Shown: piece after piece, positions 55,301-63,263 of the stretch
Numbering within the stretch: position 1 is the first letter of the stretch
Layout of the letters: each line of letters begins with the position of its first letter
IMG/VR virus record: IMGVR_UViG_3300005096_000103
Span: 1 to 64,000 of that record
Direction: 5' to 3' (one strand)
Length of the DNA: 64,000 nt
Origin: a virus
Notes under the pieces: generated by a model
What the model saw: only the letters and a program-made list of their open reading frames with translations
Databases searched by the model: none
What the model was told of the DNA's origin: nothing
Position numbers and translations under genes: made by a program

Positions 55301-56034
55301 ATACACCCTCTGACTGCGCGTCTAGAGATAGGTTCACTAGTCTGATGTTGCCTATCTACTCTATATTGAGATGGGTAGGACAAGACGTTAAAGAATTCTC
55401 TAGATTGTTCGCGCTTATACAGGAGGCTACGACTACCTCAAACGTTGCACAGGAAGATTTCAAGAGTTTGATATTCACTACGCCTTGTAAAGCTCTACAG
55501 CCTAGACCACAGGAGGATAGTACACACCCTAACTGGATTGCTGCGCATCTTAGAGACTCTGACGGTAGATACAAACTCAACGAGTCATATATGGGAGCTT
55601 ACTACTACGATGTTTATAGTGTAGTAGTTCTTTACCTACCGCACATCCGTATTAGAGTACTCAAAGAGTCTGAGTTCATTATCTCTGCCTCGCTCACTAA
55701 TACTGTCCTGTTGCGTAAACTCAGGGAGCAGGGAGCTTGGCAGTATAACAGATCACAGGCTAGCGGGATATGTCCTTGGCTAGAAGAACAGATAAGCCTA
55801 GGTGTTAACCCAGAGGATTTCGCAGTATTCGATATGCACGAGATACTCGGAGACTCCTGGAGACCTAAATCGGTAGATTATATAGGAAAGCCTAGAGCCG
55901 TCATAGAGGTATCAGCTACGCCCCCTGCACGCAAAGTTAGTAAAGGACCTCTTAAACGCGGTAGGCCCTCAAGAAAGACAACAAAAGAGGATGCGATAGC
56001 TAAGCTTAATCAAATTGATAATTGGGAGATATAA
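52339..56034 (+). CDS. DNA primase-helicase
   Basis: N-terminal CHC2 Zn finger (C..PDH...KCFSCG), Toprim (IKEGEFD, DYDHGG), C-terminal P-loop AEPSSGKTT and Walker B LLLDEFE. Confidence 0.85.
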   Translation: MSQGKPIQCNRQLWTGVANSGFKAILDALNLIKPDNKWSVKRGHILGRCVNPDHLDINPSMAFSPTRGFVKCFSCGYAEASLSDFFKDLTRDKAAFPEFITGLGIRLSNRYRNSLFENHELKVIRSTVGRAMNFLLQDALINYYDEEYAYCRRAIELIISRRIPANLSVLSGLSLGIFPNKYHLFKYLTEGTGIWSPDNEGQKYSFDRVLELLGGTQHFSSDPGYVSPHTGWVAFPYYVDFRTIGGFKLRNPTEKQFSWVGHIDPTVPQPVEGAVDVKSPRGLYGLNQCGRVLQFAKEGAVSSSEIHDNRVYIKEGEFDVISCQIAQAREFGASYNSRAFVGASGGGLDSSLDYLKDCGIKYVSVLGDYDHGGEEFVTHVLEATSIPAVVFDWTATESLKDLLAKGVDTKGLDPDTVVTNGLGSMFLRDIGNPNCWKSPVDWFLDSTSALRKRLRDTRVSGESDREIDIKAIDAYAGALTQLQDSERQEIFTSLKAEEYATAAVSRAFVHGRDDDEAIIRMLEFAMGEHLKPLMREGGIYYFCKLTDTEIVELEPSKPATHVANSIELVLANITGCHLVEWARQLELPKRVFFKEKKLKDVTIYQDRSLLEIRKSLDSYVKSAVIHMCKSSTCPPVFNLDQNGAGFYYYGWKNTSADSSKHVYIVNGRSVYKGAFPLTTHPPATPDQKDPYAYTNNTTGVSDPLVKTVTYTKMNIPTENGVLFNIEGRQWSDLDIDSLNTRYEALTPRELFDQLVNILNIGWSFIPEKDLKLNDRINQDLTCRYLAAWIMSSAVLTLFETRNQTYITAEPSSGKTTLLESLISAKGELALLDSSEFYSEYTVAAVLQGVTNRAVPLLLDEFEAATVGNKTRGVVARALLEAFRANYKGEVTSVRGTKEQKQRKRSFSASCLFAGINPPFADSADRSRWIILNLVREAGRAGPIDLVRDVYSKEDITTIKQGLNNMLPQRAHEILEAYRWCKRHKTVFHTPSDCASRDRFTSLMLPIYSILRWVGQDVKEFSRLFALIQEATTTSNVAQEDFKSLIFTTPCKALQPRPQEDSTHPNWIAAHLRDSDGRYKLNESYMGAYYYDVYSVVVLYLPHIRIRVLKESEFIISASLTNTVLLRKLREQGAWQYNRSQASGICPWLEEQISLGVNPEDFAVFDMHEILGDSWRPKSVDYIGKPRAVIEVSATPPARKVSKGPLKRGRPSRKTTKEDAIAKLNQIDNWEI

Positions 56035-56035
56035 A

Positions 56036-59000
56036 ATGAAGTACTCATGGTATCTCAAAGAGAAGCCGACTAGCTGTAGTGGGTGCAACTACGAAGATAA
56101 GAACTGCACACTCAAGTGCAAAGCTGCAGATTTCAATGCAACTTATAATCTCATCTTCCTCTTTGAGATGCCTGAGCCCGCAGCAGCAGCTAAGGGGACG
56201 CTATGGGGTCCAGAGATCCGCAGTGTGTGTAACAAGGTAGTTGAAGTAATCAAGACGAGAACAGGAACTACTCCGGAGTATTCGCTGTTATACAGCGTAT
56301 GCGCACACACTAGGTCAATACCGAAGAGTGCAGATATCGAGAAGTGCAGTAGCATACTCCTGAGGAGGATAGCTGACCTGTCTGCGCCAGAAGGCTCACG
56401 TGAACCTAGAGCGAAGAACATCATCCTAGCGTTCGGTAAAGGTGCGTTAAAGAGTCTAGGGGTTAAGTTCTCGAAGTATAAGGCAGTGAGGGGGAGTAGA
56501 ACACATACAAAGATAGGTAACACTCACTGGGACGTGGTTCCAACGCTGTCTATGCGTGAGCTATATGTTAAGCCGAGCCTTACGAATGTAATACTCGAAG
56601 ACGCAATGACGATGTGGAAAGTCTTAGCTCAAGATTTTAAGCCCGATAAACTCGACAACATAGCGAAGGAGTATATTTACCCTACAAGTATCTCAGAGGT
56701 GAAAGATCTCGTAGACCACATTATAAATTATAATGGTGTGGGTGATACTAAAGGTCGAGACCCTTCAGCTTGGCCAATATCTCTAGATATTGAGACTACA
56801 GGTCTAAACCCTCGTAAGCCTGGGATGAAGACCCTCTGTATCTCTGCGGCCTGGGATGACTACAAAGCTTGTGCTATCCCCTACATGCACAAAGACAGTA
56901 CATTAGACCCTGCTCTCGTACTCCCGCACCTTAAAAGACTACTCACTTGTGACAAGCGAACCATCTGGCACGGCGGGACATTTGACTACCAGTGGCTCCG
57001 CGCTGTAGATGGCATCGAAGTTAACAACGTCTGGTGGGATACTCAGAACGCAGAGCATTACCTCCGGGAGAATAACCAGGGGTTCTATGGTCTAAAGGAT
57101 TTAGCTAAGGTTTACTACAGGCGTTACACAGGGTACGAGGGTGAACTTAAGACTAAGATAGCTGACTCTCTTAAGGATATAGAAGTCAGAAAACGCCTCA
57201 ATCGCGCTGTGGTTTACGAGAATGCGGACTCAAGGGGTGTGTTCTTCAGCACGAAAGCATTACACGATCTAGAAGACCAGATCGTGGACGCAACTCTCAG
57301 AATATCTTTATTAGAACGTGGGTCTGAGGAACGGGATAGTCTTACAGAGTTTAGAAAGAAGGGTTGGGCGGCGATAAAGAGGGAATACAAGAAGCAGGGG
57401 GAGACTGCTCCTAAGATACCTACCCTTGCTAAAGTAGAGGCCGGTACACCTGAGGATTCTTACCTCTACGAACTAGCGCCGCTATCTTTACTACTCAAAT
57501 ACGCTGCTGTAGATACAGACCTATGTCGACTGATCTGTAAGGAGCAACGTAAAGCTGCGCGCACAGAGTCCGAGCACTCACTACCTGACCTAGATAAAAT
57601 AATGGAGACACTCTATGTACCTGGTGTATATTGTCTCAGTCGTATGCGTGAGCGAGGTCTACCTGTAGACGAACATAAGGCTCGTAGGTTTATAAAAGAA
57701 ATGGGAGTGGCGAGCCTGGAGTACAAAAGTAAGCTCGGGCTTCTTATCTGTGATCCGGACTTCAATGCTAACTCCCCTAAGCAGATATGCGACACTCTAC
57801 ACAATACTTTCGGGTTAGACCTGTCTACACTCCCTAAGACTAAGTCTAACGCACCGTCTACTGACAAACACACAATGAAATACCTGAGTGAGAAGCACGC
57901 TAATAAACCTCTAGGATTCTTCGCTCACTCACTCAGCGCATATAAAGCGGTTAACTCAGCAAAAACTCTTGTGGAGAATACTTTCTTAGGGGGTGACTTC
58001 CCTATCACTGGGAAAATCCACACAACATTCAATATCACAGGGACCAAGACGGCTAGGTTAAGTAGCTCAGGTCCAGCATTTCAAAACATCGCTGATGTTG
58101 CGGCGATAACAACTGTCTTAGATACCAAAGGCTGCGTGATAGGTTCCACAGACGGCTGGGCTATCAAAGACCTAGTAATTTGTGATGATCTAAACTACGT
58201 AATCTATAACCTGGATATCAAGGCAGCTGAGATACGTGCACTGTGCGCCTACATAGCGAAGAGTTACGGTACCTCACCTCTGATTGAGGCTGTAAGAGCT
58301 GGACGAGACATACCCTCCTACGTGTGTACACTGTTATTTGGACGGAAGGTGTGGGATGAGTATAAGCTGCACGCGACATGGGTAGCTGGCTCAGACCCTA
58401 ACGATCCGGATAGTCCAGCAGAACTTAGGTTAGCAGAACATGAACTCCCACGAGGTTTCTATGACGTTGAGACTGTCTACAACTTTGTGAACACTAACAA
58501 ATCTAAGATCAAAGCTGTGAAAGAGTTGAGAGTAGCAGGGAAGCGAGGCTTATACGGTACAATATACGGCGGGAGTGCCTACACTATCGCAAAGACAGTG
58601 TATGGAGTGCTCTCAACACAGAAAGATATACTAAAGATGCAGCTCGACTACGGTCAGGAGATCCAAGATAGGCTGTTCAAGGAGTTTCCTGGTATAAGGA
58701 ACTACGTTGTAAGCACTCTAGCTTTTGTTCGGAAACATAAGTGGGTCAAAAGTCTCTTCGGACGTAGGCGGCGTTTCCCTATGCTGTCCAGAGGGTGTGC
58801 TAAGATTCATAGGAAAGAAGCTGAGCGGGAAGCTATCAACTTCTGTATTCAGTCAACCTCATCTGACTTAGTACTCTCTCTCCTGATTAGTATAGAACGC
58901 GACATAGACAAGATCGGAGGAGATGTACGTCTTTCAGTCCATGACTCCGTAGCAGGGTTTATGCGCAGGGAACGTATGATAGAACTTCGACCCTTCCTAG

Positions 59001-59125
59001 ACGAAAAGATAATTAAGGAGACCCATAGACGCTACCCCTGGCTACCCGTAGATTTTATTTACGACTTAGACGTGGGTCCGTCATACTATAACCTTCAAGA
59101 CTATGACAAATACATCGAGGCATAA
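56036..59125 (+). CDS. polA: DNA polymerase family A with N-terminal UDG-like domain and 3'-5' exonuclease
   Basis: ExoI DIETTG, ExoII HGGTFD, ExoIII YAAVD; motif A DIKAAEIR, motif B RVAGKRGLYGTIYG, motif C VHDS; GGGAG SD before ATG 56036. Confidence 0.92.
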   Translation: MKYSWYLKEKPTSCSGCNYEDKNCTLKCKAADFNATYNLIFLFEMPEPAAAAKGTLWGPEIRSVCNKVVEVIKTRTGTTPEYSLLYSVCAHTRSIPKSADIEKCSSILLRRIADLSAPEGSREPRAKNIILAFGKGALKSLGVKFSKYKAVRGSRTHTKIGNTHWDVVPTLSMRELYVKPSLTNVILEDAMTMWKVLAQDFKPDKLDNIAKEYIYPTSISEVKDLVDHIINYNGVGDTKGRDPSAWPISLDIETTGLNPRKPGMKTLCISAAWDDYKACAIPYMHKDSTLDPALVLPHLKRLLTCDKRTIWHGGTFDYQWLRAVDGIEVNNVWWDTQNAEHYLRENNQGFYGLKDLAKVYYRRYTGYEGELKTKIADSLKDIEVRKRLNRAVVYENADSRGVFFSTKALHDLEDQIVDATLRISLLERGSEERDSLTEFRKKGWAAIKREYKKQGETAPKIPTLAKVEAGTPEDSYLYELAPLSLLLKYAAVDTDLCRLICKEQRKAARTESEHSLPDLDKIMETLYVPGVYCLSRMRERGLPVDEHKARRFIKEMGVASLEYKSKLGLLICDPDFNANSPKQICDTLHNTFGLDLSTLPKTKSNAPSTDKHTMKYLSEKHANKPLGFFAHSLSAYKAVNSAKTLVENTFLGGDFPITGKIHTTFNITGTKTARLSSSGPAFQNIADVAAITTVLDTKGCVIGSTDGWAIKDLVICDDLNYVIYNLDIKAAEIRALCAYIAKSYGTSPLIEAVRAGRDIPSYVCTLLFGRKVWDEYKLHATWVAGSDPNDPDSPAELRLAEHELPRGFYDVETVYNFVNTNKSKIKAVKELRVAGKRGLYGTIYGGSAYTIAKTVYGVLSTQKDILKMQLDYGQEIQDRLFKEFPGIRNYVVSTLAFVRKHKWVKSLFGRRRRFPMLSRGCAKIHRKEAEREAINFCIQSTSSDLVLSLLISIERDIDKIGGDVRLSVHDSVAGFMRRERMIELRPFLDEKIIKETHRRYPWLPVDFIYDLDVGPSYYNLQDYDKYIEA

Positions 59126-59127
59126 CA

Positions 59128-59496
59128 ATGTTATATCGGCTTATCAACAACCGAACAGACCTAGGGCGTATAATCGTCCAGTATATTACCAAAGACCGCG
59201 GTATCTATATAGTAGGAGTAGTTGATACCCGAGGTGCGACACCAGATGACCTAGTCGTACTCGAACATCCATGTTTATTTAAGCGTTACTACGTGCCAGG
59301 GGATGACGGATCTACTGAGAATATGCGGATAGACATATGCCGCCTGATAGTGGGCAGCGACATGCAAGTGTGTCTCCGACAGAGCGAATACCTCGGAGTC
59401 GCGATATTAGACCCTACGAGTGAGAGTTTCTACCAGGAATGGCTTAGAGGACACGTTACAAAAAATACGCCTGTTACTCAAAATACACCGGTGTAG
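59128..59496 (+). CDS. Hypothetical protein
   Basis: 122 aa, 2 nt after the polA stop. Confidence 0.65.
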   Translation: MLYRLINNRTDLGRIIVQYITKDRGIYIVGVVDTRGATPDDLVVLEHPCLFKRYYVPGDDGSTENMRIDICRLIVGSDMQVCLRQSEYLGVAILDPTSESFYQEWLRGHVTKNTPVTQNTPV

Positions 59497-61118
59497 GGCT
59501 CAAGGTCCTGCTCAGCGGGGGTTCCATAGAGTTTAATCACGCCCATACCTATCCTAGCAGTAATCCAACAAAATATCTGAGCGTGTAGCGCGTCGTCTGG
59601 GGCACCGGGAGACGAGTTCCAGATCTTACGCCCATGTCCCCCACGTGTCACCATCGCAAACACTGAGAGGACGTGGTCAAACACATCTTCGCAGAGATTT
59701 TTGTTTGGGTAATAGATTGCCTGTCTTTTTACCTCAAGGAAGAAGGAGTCTATAGCCGCAGTTCTAGAGACCATAATCCTATCGGGTCCCTGGGTGAAGT
59801 GTTGGAGAGCGCCCGTATACTGGAGCTGGATAACTCTCTCATGACCAAACTTCTCTCTGAGGTAGGAATTAGCATGCGCTCCAACTCCTGCATCAGCCCC
59901 TACCATACGTACTTTATACAGATGGAGCAGTACTACTATCTCTTCTAGGTCACGGTGAGGCTCCCCTGTAGGGTATACCTTAAAAAACAGCGTAACGAAG
60001 TGTTTGTAACCAGGGGCTACTCCAAATATCCACAGAACCGTATGACTCTTTGACGCAAACCCTCCACCTGACCAATCGATTCCTGCGTAGACCTCAAGCT
60101 CTCCAGCTTCGTTTTCGGTGACGTTATTAAATATCCCAGGAGGTGGCTCTCCTAATCCTTGCAATATCATATAGTCTCTACACTGCCTCTCAAGGTCTGA
60201 GCGCTCAATGAAGCGTGAGCCTTTAGCAGCTGGGACACCTAAGACTTCATTTAAGACACTGATATCATCATAGCTGTCTAGCTTATGCCTAAGGATTCTC
60301 CATTCACGTGGTATCTCATTATTCTTCGGGAGCATTAACTGAGATACGTGATACCCCCATAGCTTGTCATCGTCATCCTGACCTTCTATGAGATTCTGTG
60401 CGTACCAGAATCCTAAGCGAGGCTCTAGAGACTTACCACACTTCTTACATATTGGACCTTTGAGCCCGACGTTAGCTACAGAGTTTAGAACGTTGTGTTT
60501 ACTGCAACCTGTACACTTAATAAGCCAGATACACTGTGTACTCTGGCTCCAGAGCCAATTGACTGGATTCTCCAGAGTCTTGTGTGTCCCCGCGTAGTAT
60601 TCTTTCTTGTAAGGAGACATCGCCATAGTCTCGTTAACAACAGGGACCACGAGCTTATAGATGATATCCTGCATCTCATCGTACTTTATAGAATCAGTCG
60701 AGTAACCACGTATCCTATCTGGGTCATCGTATGTGTAGGTAAAATAGTTCTCGCTCCCATTTTTGTAGTACTTATCCCATACACTAGGCTGGATTATTCT
60801 AGTGATATCTTTGATACCAGGGGAGTGTTCATAGAGTTTCTGGAGTCTAGACTTAGAAAACAGCTTCGTTTGTTTACGAGATGGGGATACGTACATCGTT
60901 TTGAAGTGTGCAATAAGAACGCTGTCGAGTAACATGTCAACAGCACCAGTGACAGACTTGAAAACCTGTCTAGCTGTGCACATCAGTAGTCTACGGTGTC
61001 CTCTGTCGAGTATGTCGTAATAAAAAGGTGCCCCGTCGAGTCTATAGGGGTTGCCCTCTAACACAAGTAAGGACTCTGCCATCTCACTTCTGGTAGCGTC
61101 TACAACTATCTCACGCAA
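59478..61118 (-). CDS. terL: Terminase large subunit (lambda GpA-like)
   Basis: ARQVFKS Walker A variant, RIRGYSTDSIKYDEMQD Walker B, CTGC...CKKC Zn finger, nuclease AGIDW / GADAG / DDALHA. Confidence 0.85.
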   Translation of the reverse strand: MREIVVDATRSEMAESLLVLEGNPYRLDGAPFYYDILDRGHRRLLMCTARQVFKSVTGAVDMLLDSVLIAHFKTMYVSPSRKQTKLFSKSRLQKLYEHSPGIKDITRIIQPSVWDKYYKNGSENYFTYTYDDPDRIRGYSTDSIKYDEMQDIIYKLVVPVVNETMAMSPYKKEYYAGTHKTLENPVNWLWSQSTQCIWLIKCTGCSKHNVLNSVANVGLKGPICKKCGKSLEPRLGFWYAQNLIEGQDDDDKLWGYHVSQLMLPKNNEIPREWRILRHKLDSYDDISVLNEVLGVPAAKGSRFIERSDLERQCRDYMILQGLGEPPPGIFNNVTENEAGELEVYAGIDWSGGGFASKSHTVLWIFGVAPGYKHFVTLFFKVYPTGEPHRDLEEIVVLLHLYKVRMVGADAGVGAHANSYLREKFGHERVIQLQYTGALQHFTQGPDRIMVSRTAAIDSFFLEVKRQAIYYPNKNLCEDVFDHVLSVFAMVTRGGHGRKIWNSSPGAPDDALHAQIFCWITARIGMGVIKLYGTPAEQDLEPYTGVF

Positions 61119-61147
61119 TTCTCTACACCTAACAACAAGGTTAAAAC

Positions 61148-62440
61148 ATGAGCAACGAAGAAACCCAAAGCTGCTTCTGGGAAACTCAATTTGGTCTGCC
61201 CGCGCCTATGAGCATGTCACAGATATCCAAAGTACTAGATCTTACACTTAACGCGGGTGAAGGTCTTATCCCCTACCTTGTGAGTGAAACCAGCCAAGGG
61301 AAAACGACGCTAGTCAAACAGTGGGCTAGCGACAATGGCTACGTGATTCATACATACAACATGGTCTCCGCTGAGGCATCCGATCTCCAGGGAATTCCGT
61401 TCCCGTCGAAAGACCGGAAGACATTTAACTACCTGACACAAGGCGCAATACCTATCAACGATGATAAGCGTAAAGTCCTGCTATTCCTCGACGAGGTCAA
61501 CAGGGCTCCAAACGAGAACAAGAACATCGTGTTCCAGATCCTGAACAGACATCTAGGAGAGAACACTCTAGGAGTGAACGTCAAGATGGTTCTAGCCGGC
61601 AATCCGTCAGGACGCTACAATGTGAACAATATCACAGATGAGCCTGCGTTTCTACGTCGGTGCGTTATCCTCCCCTGTGCACTTAACTTGTACGAGGCCT
61701 TGGAGTACATGAAGGAGCACGAATGGCATCCTACAGTTATTGAGTACGTCAGCTCCAACACTGATCAACTACAAGCAGAGTTTGGTAAGGTTAAGACCGG
61801 TCACTGCTTCAATACTGCAGCGGGCTGGAACAGTATATCTGACCTGCTCTACAGGGCCGAGGATTCTGGAGTAGGAGACACTGCGAAAGGTAAGACCGTC
61901 GACACTGCGAAGACCGTCGACCTCGCAAACCTGAGCTTGAACGATGATCGTATACTATTCTCGATCATCTCAGGTATCATTGGGCGTGTAGCAGCTCAGG
62001 CATTCTGGGTATTTGTGACACGACCTAGCGAAGCATTGACAGCTAAGGACCTGTACGAGGGCATCGGAGTTGTAGGTAACGATACCGGAGACAAGTTCGC
62101 TAAGATCGTAGAAGAGAAGAAAGGGGCTACAGTAACAAACCTCCTCAAGGCTCTCGCCCTATATGTCCTCACTGGGGTGACCTGCAGCATGGAAGACTCT
62201 GTAAAGTTCCATATTCGACTGTTCTTGGTGCTAACAGAGACACACTGGAGGACGTACATCGAGCATCTCAAGCACACCCTCTACATCTCAGGCAATACAA
62301 TCACCGTCAATGGATCCTCATTCAACACGTGGCTGTATAATCTTGAGAGTCAGATCCAGGAAGATCCAGAAGTACACAAGCTGTCAATCAGGCGGCTAAG
62401 AGTGTCGATGAAGCTTACTCTTGAGGAGGGGAAGGCCTAG
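61148..62440 (+). CDS. MoxR-like AAA+ ATPase
   Basis: SETSQGKTT, LLFLDEVNRA, LAGNP, AFLRR. Confidence 0.8.
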   Translation: MSNEETQSCFWETQFGLPAPMSMSQISKVLDLTLNAGEGLIPYLVSETSQGKTTLVKQWASDNGYVIHTYNMVSAEASDLQGIPFPSKDRKTFNYLTQGAIPINDDKRKVLLFLDEVNRAPNENKNIVFQILNRHLGENTLGVNVKMVLAGNPSGRYNVNNITDEPAFLRRCVILPCALNLYEALEYMKEHEWHPTVIEYVSSNTDQLQAEFGKVKTGHCFNTAAGWNSISDLLYRAEDSGVGDTAKGKTVDTAKTVDLANLSLNDDRILFSIISGIIGRVAAQAFWVFVTRPSEALTAKDLYEGIGVVGNDTGDKFAKIVEEKKGATVTNLLKALALYVLTGVTCSMEDSVKFHIRLFLVLTETHWRTYIEHLKHTLYISGNTITVNGSSFNTWLYNLESQIQEDPEVHKLSIRRLRVSMKLTLEEGKA

Positions 62441-62477
62441 TCAAGCGAAATCTAGTCAAGCGAAATCTAGTCAAGCG
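62437..62477. repeat. 15-bp tandem repeat x2.7 (CTAGTCAAGCGAAAT) at a convergent gene junction
   Basis: Copies at 62437, 62452, partial at 62467; CTAG supplies the stops of both genes. Confidence 0.95.
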
Positions 62478-63255
62478 CCAGCGCTACTAGCTTCTCAAGC
62501 CGTGTGACGTCTGCTGCGGATTTCTTAGCAGCGTATACCCTTGACGCGGATAGGCGTGCTAGCTGTACACCTATCCGCGTCTCAGGATATTCCATATCTT
62601 CTAGGGTCTTGATATCCGTTGGCAGAACGCTAATCCTCGCGTCCACAGTCTCTGCTAGTTCCCTACCTTCTAAGGGTAGCATATTACTTAGCGTCTTTGA
62701 GGCCCAACAGTGCTCGGGTAGAACACTAACACACCCGTGCATATAATGCATTAGTGCTACGTAATCTATAACCTCAGAGCCTAGTACATCTACTAGACAC
62801 GAACTCCCTTTATCCGCGAACTGCTTACACATTGGCAGATTATCTAGGTATCCACCCGCCTCTGTGTTCTTTAGCAGACTGAGCATCGTGTTCAGGCCGT
62901 AAAGTATCTGAGCAGGCAGTGCTTCTTCTAGGAGTTCAGGGTTGTTCTCCTGCCCATCGAAAGCTAGCACTGTCTTCTCAAATACTATCGCGTCCCAAAA
63001 CGCTGTCTGGCCGTTCATAAGCGCGATAATAGCGTTCATTTTATCTAAATTGCTCGCGGCGTAACTTATCTCGTAGTCCGAGAATATCTTACGACGCGTC
63101 TCCCCTAGTAGATCTGAGGCATTACCTCCTAAGATGAAACTAGTTGCGTGCCAGACTTCCTCAGCACTAGACATAGCGTCTCTGAGAATCTTCTTCGAAA
63201 GCTTAGTCACTCTAGCACTAGGCTTCTCGTATTTCTTAGTAAGGTCGTAGAGCAT
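62467..63255 (-). CDS. Hypothetical protein
   Basis: 262 aa, AGGAG SD. Confidence 0.7.
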   Translation of the reverse strand: MLYDLTKKYEKPSARVTKLSKKILRDAMSSAEEVWHATSFILGGNASDLLGETRRKIFSDYEISYAASNLDKMNAIIALMNGQTAFWDAIVFEKTVLAFDGQENNPELLEEALPAQILYGLNTMLSLLKNTEAGGYLDNLPMCKQFADKGSSCLVDVLGSEVIDYVALMHYMHGCVSVLPEHCWASKTLSNMLPLEGRELAETVDARISVLPTDIKTLEDMEYPETRIGVQLARLSASRVYAAKKSAADVTRLEKLVALALD

Positions 63256-63263
63256 CTAGGCTC

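Noticed and set aside
33570-61118. Inteins or group I introns in RNAP, PolA, primase or terminase
   Set aside because: Conserved motifs are co-linear, with no C/S...HN-C/S/T splice junctions or LAGLIDADG/HNH motifs seen.
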